NCBI GenBank assembly: GCA_944381485.1
Contig: CALWLI010000019.1
Coordinates: 5,411-69,410 of the forward strand
Length of the DNA stretch: 64,000 nt
Reading direction: 5' to 3'
Source of the DNA: an uncultured Lachnospiraceae bacterium
GTDB taxonomy: Bacteria; Bacillota; Clostridia; Lachnospirales; Lachnospiraceae
The position numbers and the translations under genes were made by a program. Under the pieces are notes generated by a model. The model was not told the origin of the DNA. It searched no databases and saw only the letters and a program-made list of their open reading frames with translations. Shown here one piece after another: positions 1-8,023 of this stretch (the stretch's first letter is position 1; the number at the start of each line of letters is the position of its first letter).

Positions 1-7
1 AGCTATA

Positions 8-1432
8 TTGAGTATGCTTTCTAAAAAGTTCAAGATAGCAGGGCTCGGAAAAGAAGGAAGCTATAAAGACGAAGAGACTGATATAGAAGGAGAAAAAAAG
101 GGAGACAGGGATATTCTTATAGTAAACCTGTTTCAGGAGGCGACCATACTTAATCTCAGGAGGGTAATAGAAAAATATGATGAGATAAAAAATAACAGGA
201 ACCTCTACCTGAGATACCCCAAGCTAGGCGAAAGCTTGTACGCTTTTCTTGAAATCGATGGTATCGAGGACGTAAACCGGTTTAAGGAGAGCATGACTAA
301 AAGAGGCAAAGAGGCCTACACCGAAAGGCAGGAGAGGGGTACAGAATATGTACCTTTGGTAGACATATTCAATATACTTCAGGATATTGCGGATTACAGA
401 GATGTGGTGGATAACTTTAATGAGTTTAAACTTCTGATAAAATATCCGAAGCTTACACCGTATATGTATGCTTTCGTAAATATGAAGCCGGATACTGTAA
501 AGTGCATGACTGAGATGGCTAAAAGGGATTATGCCTTCAGGGATACTACCGATTTTATACTTAATTACTATGAGCTTATATATGATAATTTCGGTATAAA
601 TAATAACAGTATTGATTCTATAATTAAAAAAGCCAAGAGAAAAACGGCACAAAATAAAGTCCTGAATGAAATAGAGAAAAAGCTTGGAAGAGATAAACAA
701 AAGGGCGCCGATCCTATAAGATTTAAGCTTATATATTGGCTTGTATACTGGCCTGTATTTTTGCTCTACCTGGTTTTCGAGCTGCCTAAGTTTGTGTTTA
801 CAAAGCTGTGCGGTTATAGGCTTAGAGTATTTGCGGCCATGTTTTTACTTACGAATTTATTCTTAAATAAATATAATGGCCATGATATTATCTCGCTGTT
901 TAAGGTAACATTTTTCGATGTGGGATTGGAAAGAAGCAGTGACTCTATATTTTCAAACTATATCGGTCTATATGCAGACGTAAACACATATGCGGATCTG
1001 ATAATTCTGATCGTGATGCTGCTTATGTACATCCTTGTCGCATATGTATTGCCGGCATTTTTATTGACCCATGTAATCAGGATCTTTACAAATGATTTTA
1101 ACAAACGCTTCGACTGGATGGGAATTGAGCGAACATTCAAAAACATTATGTTTGTTATGCATAAGAAGAACGCTGATGACTATAAGATGCGGCCTTCAGG
1201 ATTTTTAAAAAGAAAAATGCCTGCGATAATAATAAATATCCTGTGTCCGATATTGATAATCATTGCCATATTATCGATAAAGCCGTGTCTTGGCCTGATC
1301 AGTAAAGGCTTAAACTCACCGATCAAACAGCAGGAGGAAGAAACTATATCAGAGGAGGCGTCAGTAAGCGTCGATGAAATGCCTGATTATGATATAGCAG
1401 CTAAGCTTTTCGCAACCGGAGAATCTTGTTAA
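8..1432 (+). CDS. hypothetical multi-pass membrane protein with a soluble N-terminal half containing an internal ~60-aa duplication
   Basis: 474-codon ORF starting at TTG 8, with an in-frame ATG at 14. The frame is open to the window edge, so the true start may lie upstream. Repeats YLRYPKLGESLYAF and LIKYPKLTPYMYAF. Hydrophobic helices IYWLVYWPVFLLYLVF, LIILIVMLLMYILVAYVLPAFLL and AIIINILCPILIIIAILSI. Much lower GC than most of the window. No family recognised. Confidence 0.55.
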   Translation: MSMLSKKFKIAGLGKEGSYKDEETDIEGEKKGDRDILIVNLFQEATILNLRRVIEKYDEIKNNRNLYLRYPKLGESLYAFLEIDGIEDVNRFKESMTKRGKEAYTERQERGTEYVPLVDIFNILQDIADYRDVVDNFNEFKLLIKYPKLTPYMYAFVNMKPDTVKCMTEMAKRDYAFRDTTDFILNYYELIYDNFGINNNSIDSIIKKAKRKTAQNKVLNEIEKKLGRDKQKGADPIRFKLIYWLVYWPVFLLYLVFELPKFVFTKLCGYRLRVFAAMFLLTNLFLNKYNGHDIISLFKVTFFDVGLERSSDSIFSNYIGLYADVNTYADLIILIVMLLMYILVAYVLPAFLLTHVIRIFTNDFNKRFDWMGIERTFKNIMFVMHKKNADDYKMRPSGFLKRKMPAIIINILCPILIIIAILSIKPCLGLISKGLNSPIKQQEEETISEEASVSVDEMPDYDIAAKLFATGESC

Positions 1433-1540
1433 TATACTAATATGCGTATATAATTCAAGATAAAAACAACGGAAAGTTATCCGTAGGGGAGGCGGTGTTT
1501 CGATGAAAACATACCTTTCTCTCCGGGAGGCGGCAGAAAA

Positions 1541-2125
1541 GTGGGGCGCATCCGAAAGTCGAGGGAGGGACTTGATGCTATCGGTTTGTTTCTTTGCGAG
1601 AAAGGAAAGAGCTCACCGGAGTTCAGGACTGCGGCAGCTTTTATCGCTTCTGCAGGGGCAGTGCTCCTCCATCTGCCTCTTCCTGAAGAGTTCCCCGATA
1701 CAAAGGATTTCATGCCTCTGCTCCCTCCGGGGCTCAGGGCCTTTGCGCTGTATGTGCAGGCTCATTATCTGTACCTTAAGGGACAATACGGGAGCAGTGC
1801 AGGCATGGCGGAGGCGACCCTTGCCATGGGAGCCGAGTGCTATCCCATACCGGCTGTTTACCTCCACCTTGTAGCGGTCATGGATTATATGAGCCTTAAA
1901 CAGGTAAAAGAGGCTGAAAGGCATATGTTTTCCGCCTGGGAGCTTGCGAAGCCGGACGATCTGACAGAAGCCTTCGGAGAGCATCACGGTCTTTTGGGAG
2001 GCATGTTGGAGGCGGTCATCAAACCCGGATGGCCCGGGGATTTTAAGCGCATAATAGAGATAGCCTACCGCTTCTCAAATGGAAAGGAGCAGGACGGACT
2101 TCCCGAGGGAGCACTGAAAAGATAA
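1541..2125 (+). CDS. hypothetical helical protein, possibly the remnant of a larger HTH-containing regulator (frameshifted or truncated)
   Basis: 194-codon ORF in a locally GC-rich segment where four ORFs overlap on both strands. The ORF at 1503 in another frame opens with an HTH-like MKTYLSLREAAEKWGASES and then degenerates. The 1541 frame carries a plausible helical sequence (LRAFALYVQAHYLYLKGQY, VKEAERHMFSAWELAKPDD). A hairpin follows at 2154-2183. Confidence 0.4.
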   Translation: MGRIRKSREGLDAIGLFLCEKGKSSPEFRTAAAFIASAGAVLLHLPLPEEFPDTKDFMPLLPPGLRAFALYVQAHYLYLKGQYGSSAGMAEATLAMGAECYPIPAVYLHLVAVMDYMSLKQVKEAERHMFSAWELAKPDDLTEAFGEHHGLLGGMLEAVIKPGWPGDFKRIIEIAYRFSNGKEQDGLPEGALKR

Positions 2126-2153
2126 AAATAAAAAAATACAAGAGATTTGAAGA

Positions 2154-2190
2154 TTTGCCGCCGAGCTCAGCCTTGGCGGCAAATTTGTAA
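2154..2190 (+). terminator. putative intrinsic terminator
   Basis: Perfect 9-bp stem TTTGCCGCC (2154-2162) / GGCGGCAAA (2175-2183) with a 12-nt loop, followed by a short TTTGT. Confidence 0.45.
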
Positions 2191-2202
2191 GAAAAACGTA
2201 GG

Positions 2203-2232
2203 TTGAGGCGCATATAGAGCCAATGCTATAAT
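2203..2232 (+). promoter_or_regulatory. putative sigma-A promoter for the 2351 gene
   Basis: TTGAGG (2203-2208), 18-nt spacer, extended -10 TGCTATAAT (TATAAT at 2227-2232). Confidence 0.4.
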
Positions 2233-2350
2233 TTTAATAAAGAACTATATATCGAAACGGTCTGCTCCGGCTGAATAGTACTGAAACTTTCCACCGTAAT
2301 GATCGTATATATGATAAAGGATATACGCCTGAAAAGAGGAGGTGCGGTCT

Positions 2351-3118
2351 ATGAAAAGGCTTAAAGACTTGGGGCTCTATCAAAAAATCATACTGATCAT
2401 TTTGACCGCCATGGTCTTAATATTTACCATAGTCTACATCATAAGCGCCTCAAAGCCGGGATACCTGTACCGAAATGCCATTCTTGTTCCCCACAATGAG
2501 GACGGAAAGATGATTTATTCAGGAAAAATTTATGGGGAGCCTGCGGAGTTTGTCGTCAAAGAGGGAAGGACGGTTGAGTTTCGCTTGGGTGACAGGAGCT
2601 ATGGTCCCTATACTTTAAAGGAGGATGAATCAGCCATTCCTGAAAATTTAGCTGAGGATGATACTGCCTCGGGTATCGAGATTAGAAGGGGCGAAGATAT
2701 ATTTTTCAGAGGGGCGGTAACCGGAAACGGAGAGTATAAATTTTTATACAATGAGGACGGAAGCCCCGAGAGCTTGAGAGTTTTGATAACCATGGATGAC
2801 GGCACATTGACTGATGATAGGGGAAACCTCATAGGGCCTATGGAGCCCACGGCCTCGGACATCATTGAGCTTGCCAAGGGGCCGGAGCTTACTCACAGAG
2901 GCGATTGGGCCTTATGGCTTGAGGCTGTTATCTTCTGCATTGCCACAGCTCTTGCCATACTTTTTGCCGATGAGATATTCCGTTTAGGTCTTCGGCTTCA
3001 GATAAAAAATGCGGACATGGCAGAGCCCTCTGATTGGGAGATAGCGGGCAGGTATGTGGCTTGGACACTTCTTCCGATACTGGCGTTTATTATATTTATA
3101 GTCGGACTATTGTTATAA
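2351..3118 (+). CDS. hypothetical membrane protein (one N-terminal TM helix, extracytoplasmic domain, two C-terminal TM helices)
   Basis: The ORF track starts at GTG 2342. ATG 2351 sits about 9 nt after AAGAGGAGG. TM segments IILIILTAMVLIFTIVYIISA, LWLEAVIFCIATALAILFA and VAWTLLPILAFIIFIVGLLL. Confidence 0.6.
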   Translation: MKRLKDLGLYQKIILIILTAMVLIFTIVYIISASKPGYLYRNAILVPHNEDGKMIYSGKIYGEPAEFVVKEGRTVEFRLGDRSYGPYTLKEDESAIPENLAEDDTASGIEIRRGEDIFFRGAVTGNGEYKFLYNEDGSPESLRVLITMDDGTLTDDRGNLIGPMEPTASDIIELAKGPELTHRGDWALWLEAVIFCIATALAILFADEIFRLGLRLQIKNADMAEPSDWEIAGRYVAWTLLPILAFIIFIVGLLL

Positions 3119-3170
3119 TATATCAGAATAATTATATTATAAACGAAAAAACATAAAAGGAGGCTTTGAC

Positions 3171-3599
3171 ATGTCAAAAAGGATAAAGGTAAAACCGGGA
3201 AAGACTCAATCCGCCATGGGATTTGCTGTGGGCATAGTTTTCTGCCTGATAGGTGTTTTTGTGGTCATACCCTCTGCCGGGCTGTTCGGTGTATTCTGGA
3301 CTTTGATGGCAGGAATCATCACGGTAACAAACGGAATAAACACATTTTCCCATAAAGCCGTGGCCTCCCACGAGATAGTCATAGACGAAGATACAGGAAG
3401 AAGCCATTCCTCAATCGGCAAAGAAAACAGCGCGGCGGAGTGCTCGGGGACAGCGGATGGCGGATCTGCAATAAGCAGGGAAGAACTCAGAGGAAATATA
3501 GAGCTCAGACTAAGGACTGCCGAGGATCTCTATAAGGCCGGAACTATCACAAGGGAAGAGTACGAGAAAAAGAGAGAGGAGATATTGAAAGAGCTTTAG
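3171..3599 (+). CDS. membrane protein with C-terminal SHOCT-like domain
   Basis: Two N-terminal TM helices. The C-terminus LRTAEDLYKAGTITREEYEKKREEILKEL matches the short SHOCT motif. SD AAAGGAGG lies upstream of the ATG. Confidence 0.7.
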   Translation: MSKRIKVKPGKTQSAMGFAVGIVFCLIGVFVVIPSAGLFGVFWTLMAGIITVTNGINTFSHKAVASHEIVIDEDTGRSHSSIGKENSAAECSGTADGGSAISREELRGNIELRLRTAEDLYKAGTITREEYEKKREEILKEL

Positions 3600-3633
3600 G
3601 CTCATATCCGAAAAATAAAGAAGCTGAAACCTG

Positions 3634-3702
3634 AATGTAAAGTTTACTTGACATATTGTCCTAATAGAGTATAATGGAGATATGGAAAGTTAACTTTACA
3701 TT
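3634..3702 (+). promoter_or_regulatory. sigma-A promoter bracketed by an 11-bp perfect inverted repeat (candidate operator of the XRE regulator)
   Basis: TTGACA 3648-3653, 16-nt spacer, TATAAT 3670-3675. AATGTAAAGTT (3634-3644) is the exact reverse complement of AACTTTACATT (3692-3702). Confidence 0.55.
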
Positions 3703-3793
3703 TTTGCTTTGCGCAAAGGAACATGCTTAAAGAAACAAAAGGTGGAAATTGCTCAGAAGGCGCAGATCTGTATTTTTAAGTGGGGAGGGGACT

Positions 3794-4003
3794 GTGAAGA
3801 ACAGGCTTGAGGAGATACGAAAACAGAGGGGTATAAGACAGGAGGAGCTGGCGGAGGCCATGGGGGTGTCCAGGCAGACCATAAGCTCCCTTGAAAACGG
3901 CAGATACAATCCTTCAGTAATACTTGCCATAAAGCTGGCGAGATATTTCGGCACAAAGGTGGAAGATATATTTATATATGAGGAGGAGCAAAATGAAGAA
4001 TAA
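3794..4003 (+). CDS. XRE/Cro-family helix-turn-helix transcriptional regulator (small, YozG-like)
   Basis: VKNRLEEIRKQRGIRQEELAEAMGVSRQTISSLENGRYNPSVILAIKLARYFGTKVEDIF is a classic HTH_3 sequence. GTG 3794 follows GGGGAGGGG. The longer ORF-track start (3749) adds a non-protein-like extension. Confidence 0.85.
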   Translation: MKNRLEEIRKQRGIRQEELAEAMGVSRQTISSLENGRYNPSVILAIKLARYFGTKVEDIFIYEEEQNEE

Positions 4004-4400
4004 CAGATTATTTAAGATATCTGTGGCTGAGATAGTCATAGGCCTGATTATAGAGCTCTTGGCTTTCTCCGGCATAGTGGAGGACGGAAGTGTTTTGACC
4101 GGGATAGGCTCGGGAATACTTGCCGTGGGAGTGGTTCAGTTTTTAAGGGTATTTCGCATGGAGTCGAATCCCGAATATAAGAAAAGAATGGAGACAGCCT
4201 CAAAGGATGAGAGATATGCTTTTATATCCATGAAGGCAAAGGAGGCGGCCTTCGGCATATACCTTATTATTGCCGCAGTGCTTTGCATGGCGTGGATGCT
4301 TCTTGGTTACAGGGAGCAGGGGATGCTTGCGGCCATGTCCATATGTATCCTGGTCCTTCTGTACGCTGTGCTTTTCAGAATATTGGCCCGAAAGTATTAA
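3993..4400 (+). CDS. small integral membrane protein partnered with the XRE regulator (DUF2178-like, low certainty on family)
   Basis: ATG 3993 follows GAGGAGG and overlaps the XRE stop codon, suggesting translational coupling. About four TM helices. Confidence 0.7.
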   Translation: MKNNRLFKISVAEIVIGLIIELLAFSGIVEDGSVLTGIGSGILAVGVVQFLRVFRMESNPEYKKRMETASKDERYAFISMKAKEAAFGIYLIIAAVLCMAWMLLGYREQGMLAAMSICILVLLYAVLFRILARKY

Positions 4401-4452
4401 GTCATATAAAAATAGAGTTTTCTTTTCGGCATAAATTAAGAATAATAAAAAA

Positions 4453-4525
4453 CCAAGCGCAACCGGCCTTCTGTGCCGGGTCCCCGGATAATCATAGGGA
4501 TACTGCGCTTGGATCTTTTTATTTT
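4453..4525. terminator. bidirectional intrinsic terminator between convergent genes
   Basis: CCAAGCGCA (4453-4461) pairs with TGCGCTTGG (4504-4512). An inner hairpin is CCGGC/GCCGG. An A-run lies upstream and a T-run (ATCTTTTTATTTT) downstream, so it can serve both the + gene ending at 4400 and deoC ending at 4553. Confidence 0.5.
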
Positions 4526-4552
4526 ACTGTAAATAAATTGATGTTTTCGGAT

Positions 4553-5191
4553 TTACAGAAGCTTCATGCCGTTGCTTGCCCCTATTCTGTCGGCTCCGGC
4601 CTCTATGAGCTCCTTTGCAAACTCGGGAGTGCGGATTCCGCCGCTGGCCTTGACCTTTGCCTTGCCTTTTACAGCCTCCTTCATTATCTTTACATCCTCA
4701 ACTGTAGCTCCGCCTGTGGAGAAGCCGGTTGAGGTCTTTACGAAGTCAGCTCCCGCCTCGACTGAAAGCTCGCAGGCTTTTACCTTCTCCTCGTCAGTAA
4801 GAAGGCAGGTCTCGATGATGACTTTCACAATAGCGGGCTTGGAGGCATTCACAACCTCTTCTATATCCTTCTTTACAGCTTCGTAATCCTTATCCTTCAT
4901 ATAGCCGACATTTATAACCATATCCACCTCGTCCGCTCCGTCAGCTACAGCCTGCTTTGCCTCAAAGGCCTTGGCTGCTGTTGACATGGCGCCGAGAGGG
5001 AAGCCTACCACGCAGCAGGTTTTTACACCTGAACCTGCAAGCTCCTTGTGTACAAAGGGAACGTGGCAGGTGTTTATGCATACAGAGCAGAAATGATTGG
5101 CCTTAGCCTCATCGCAGTATTTCTTCACAGCCTCTGTGGTAGCGTCAGCTTTGAGTATGGTGTGATCGATGTAACCGGCAATATTCTCCAT
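4553..5191 (-). CDS. deoC: deoxyribose-phosphate aldolase
   Basis: 212 aa. [34 protein letters not shown] and KASGGIR are the DeoC class I aldolase hallmarks. Confidence 0.95.
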   Translation of the reverse strand: MENIAGYIDHTILKADATTEAVKKYCDEAKANHFCSVCINTCHVPFVHKELAGSGVKTCCVVGFPLGAMSTAAKAFEAKQAVADGADEVDMVINVGYMKDKDYEAVKKDIEEVVNASKPAIVKVIIETCLLTDEEKVKACELSVEAGADFVKTSTGFSTGGATVEDVKIMKEAVKGKAKVKASGGIRTPEFAKELIEAGADRIGASNGMKLL

Positions 5192-5406
5192 TGATAAAGC
5201 CCTCCTTGATATTTTATAATTGATTTATGTTTATATTAGCATGTCACGACAAAGAGTTCAACAAGAAACCGATTACATTATTTTTAACAAAGTTTTTTGT
5301 GTGAAATATACACAAAAAAAATAAGTAGAAAATAGTAAAATTGTGGAAAAGACCTTGATTGACTTGACAAAAGCTCGGTTAGAATATAGTATGAAATTAC
5401 AATAAA

Positions 5407-5420
5407 TGTAAGCGGTTTCA
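5407..5420 (+). promoter_or_regulatory. cre-like / LacI-family operator palindrome
   Basis: TGTAAGCGGTTTCA fits the cre consensus TGWAANCGNTNWCA at all 14 positions. It lies about 86 nt upstream of the LacI-family gene. Confidence 0.6.
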
Positions 5421-5505
5421 AAACACTTGAAAAACAGTTTCACTATCATCCGCATACTCTCGTGGCAAAGTCTTGTGACAAGGTCTTTTGCGAAAGGATT
5501 GATTT

Positions 5506-6561
5506 ATGAATATTTACGATGTGGCAAAAGAGGCCAATGTATCTGTGGCCACAGTCTCGAGAGTTCTTAACAATCACAAGAATGTAAAGGAAGAGACCAG
5601 AAAAAAGGTACTTGATGTCATTAAGGGAAAGAATTTTGTTCCTAACTCGGCGGCTCAGAATCTGAGCTTGGGAGAGTCAAAGAACATAGCTCTCATAGTT
5701 CCGGATATCGAGAACCCCTTTTTCGCAAAGATACTCCACGGTCTTTCCGATCAGGCGACGGTATTCGGCTACAATGTATTTATGTTCGGTACAGCTGAGG
5801 ATCCTGTCAGGGAGCAGCTCATACTTGAGTCTTTGAAGTCGGAGCTTTTGAGAGGCCTTGTGATGATACCTGTCAGCGAGGACAGCGAAAAGACAAAGCT
5901 CCTCTTAAACAGATTCAGGGAGGACTCGGCTCCGGTAGTACTTATCGACCGTGATGTCAGAGGCGGCGACTTTGACGGAGTCTTTTCCCAGGATGATGAG
6001 GGAGCGTTTAACGCTGTGGAATGCCTCATAAAAGCAGGCCACAGGAAGATAGCCATAATAAGGGGTTCAGATACCTCAAGGCCCGGCTATGAGAGATACA
6101 GGGGCTATAAAAAAGCCCTGTCAAAGTATGACATAGCTGTGAATAAGGAATATTGTCCTTACGGAGAATTCATGGAGGACAAATCCTACATTGCCATGAA
6201 AAAGCTTATGAGTCTGGACAATCCCCCTACAGCGGTCTTTTGCTCAAACAATATGACCACCCTGGGATGCCTCAGATATCTCAAGGAAAAAAATCTTAAG
6301 ATCGGAAGAGACATATCAATAGTAGGCTTTGACGATATAAAGGAGCTGGAGTACACCAATATAAATCTCACAGTGGTGGACAGGCCGGTATACGACATGG
6401 GGGTCGAGGCCATGAAGCTCTTGGAAAAGGCCATAGAAAACAGGGCCGGGGCTTCGGAGGACTCGCTTTTCGTAAAGAGAAATTTTGTTAAGACCAAGCT
6501 TATAAAGAGAGGCTCGGAGTTTTGCGAGAAGCTCTCTGAGGACAGCATAAAACAGGAATAA
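5506..6561 (+). CDS. LacI-family transcriptional regulator (RbsR-like by context)
   Basis: N-terminal HTH MNIYDVAKEANVSVATVSRVLNN followed by a periplasmic-binding-protein-like sugar-binding core. First gene of the ribokinase/ABC operon. Confidence 0.9.
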   Translation: MNIYDVAKEANVSVATVSRVLNNHKNVKEETRKKVLDVIKGKNFVPNSAAQNLSLGESKNIALIVPDIENPFFAKILHGLSDQATVFGYNVFMFGTAEDPVREQLILESLKSELLRGLVMIPVSEDSEKTKLLLNRFREDSAPVVLIDRDVRGGDFDGVFSQDDEGAFNAVECLIKAGHRKIAIIRGSDTSRPGYERYRGYKKALSKYDIAVNKEYCPYGEFMEDKSYIAMKKLMSLDNPPTAVFCSNNMTTLGCLRYLKEKNLKIGRDISIVGFDDIKELEYTNINLTVVDRPVYDMGVEAMKLLEKAIENRAGASEDSLFVKRNFVKTKLIKRGSEFCEKLSEDSIKQE

Positions 6562-6603
6562 TACGGATATAAGCCATTTATATATTCGGAGGAGGAGATA
6601 AGA

Positions 6604-7524
6604 ATGGGAAAAGTAGTAGTTTTCGGAAGCTTTGTAGTGGATCTTATGGCAAGAAGCCCTCATCTTCCCATAGCAGGTGAGACAGTAAAGGGATCAATGT
6701 TCAAGATGGGTCCCGGAGGAAAGGGCTTCAATCAGTGTGTGGCTGCCCACAAGGCAGGGGCTGATGTGACTATGGTCACAAAGCTGGGAAGGGATACCTT
6801 CGCCAATGTGGCTCTTGACACCATGAAGGAATTGGGAATGGATGAGAGCCATATATTCTTTTCTGATGAAAGTGAGACCGGTATAGCCCTCATACTTGTG
6901 GATGAGAATACCAGCCAGAATGAGATAATAATAGTTCCCGGGGCCTGCAACACCATAACCGAGGAGGAGACAGACGGACTTGAGGAGCTTATAAAGGGAG
7001 CCGAGTATGTGCTCATGCAGCTGGAAGTGAACCAGGATGCAAACGAGAGGGTTGCTGAGCTTGCCGAAAAGTACGGCTGCAAGGTCATCGTAAACACAGC
7101 GCCCTACTCAAAGATATCTGACGAGTTCCTCTCAAAGACATACATGGTAACACCCAATGAGGTGGAGGCGGAGGAACTGACAGGAGTACATGTGGACAGC
7201 TTGGATTCCGCAAAGAAAGCTGCAGAGTACTTCTACAAGAAGGGCGTTAAAAAGGTGATCATCACTCTGGGAAGCAGAGGAGTTTTCGTATCCTCTGACG
7301 GAAACGAGGAGATAATTCCCGCCTTCAAGGTAAATGCTGTGGATACCACAGGTGCGGGAGACGCCTTCAACGGAGGTCTGCTTTGTGCCCTGGCTGAGGG
7401 AAAGAGCCTTGAGGAGGCGGCAAGATTTGCAAACGCTTTGGCCGCCCTCTCGGTACAGAAGCTTGGAACTACTCCTTCAATGCCTACAAGAGATGAGATA
7501 GAGGCTTTTTTGAAGGAGCACTAA
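6604..7524 (+). CDS. rbsK: ribokinase
   Basis: PfkB family. GGKGFNQ near the N-terminus and DTTGAGDAFNGG near the C-terminus. 306 aa. Confidence 0.92.
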   Translation: MGKVVVFGSFVVDLMARSPHLPIAGETVKGSMFKMGPGGKGFNQCVAAHKAGADVTMVTKLGRDTFANVALDTMKELGMDESHIFFSDESETGIALILVDENTSQNEIIIVPGACNTITEEETDGLEELIKGAEYVLMQLEVNQDANERVAELAEKYGCKVIVNTAPYSKISDEFLSKTYMVTPNEVEAEELTGVHVDSLDSAKKAAEYFYKKGVKKVIITLGSRGVFVSSDGNEEIIPAFKVNAVDTTGAGDAFNGGLLCALAEGKSLEEAARFANALAALSVQKLGTTPSMPTRDEIEAFLKEH

Positions 7525-7566
7525 TCGGGAGAAGAAAATCAATCAATATAAAGGGAGGTTATAAAA

Positions 7567-8010
7567 ATGCTTAAAGGAATACCTACAGAGATAGGTTCGG
7601 ACCTGTTGAAGGCCCTTGCAGACATGGGACACGGAGATTTGATCATTATTGCGGATGATTTCTATCCGCCCAAATCAAAGACTCCCAACGGTGTCAGCAT
7701 TCAGGCAAAGGGAAACAGCGCAGCCGAGATGATAGACGCTATCTTGAAGCTTATGCCCCTTGATACAGACTACTGTGAGCATCCTGTTGAGTACATGATC
7801 CCTGACAAGGATGCAAATGTGGAGATGGACAGGCCCAAGGTATGGGATGACGCCATCGAGGCTGTGAAGAGAAACGGCTATGACGCTAAGATCGTGGGGG
7901 AGATCGAGCGCTCAAAGTTTTATGAGAAGGCCGGAAAGGCTTTCGTGACAGTGTGCACAAGTGAGAGGCAGCCCTACGGGTGCTTCATCATGCAAAAAGG
8001 AGTTTTATAA
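7567..8010 (+). CDS. RbsD/FucU-family sugar mutarotase/pyranase
   Basis: MLKGIPTEIGSDLLKALADMGHGDLIIIADDFYP matches the RbsD/FucU N-terminal signature (MGHGD). 147 aa. Confidence 0.85.
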   Translation: MLKGIPTEIGSDLLKALADMGHGDLIIIADDFYPPKSKTPNGVSIQAKGNSAAEMIDAILKLMPLDTDYCEHPVEYMIPDKDANVEMDRPKVWDDAIEAVKRNGYDAKIVGEIERSKFYEKAGKAFVTVCTSERQPYGCFIMQKGVL

Positions 8011-8023
8011 AGGGAGGTAAAAA

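Noticed and set aside
4283-4732. 149-aa plus-strand ORF spanning the end of the membrane gene, the terminator and the 3' end of deoC.
   Set aside because: It runs through a bidirectional terminator hairpin and antisense into deoC, with no motifs. It is spurious.
5293-5319. A/T-rich inverted repeat TTTTTTGTG-N9-CACAAAAAA in the deoC / LacI-regulator intergenic region, with a faint resemblance to a TGTGA-N6-TCACA CRP-type site.
   Set aside because: The arms are almost pure T/A runs plus GTG, so the match to any operator consensus is weak, and such hairpins arise by chance in AT-rich spacers. It is kept only as a note; the cre-like site at 5407-5420 is the better regulatory candidate.
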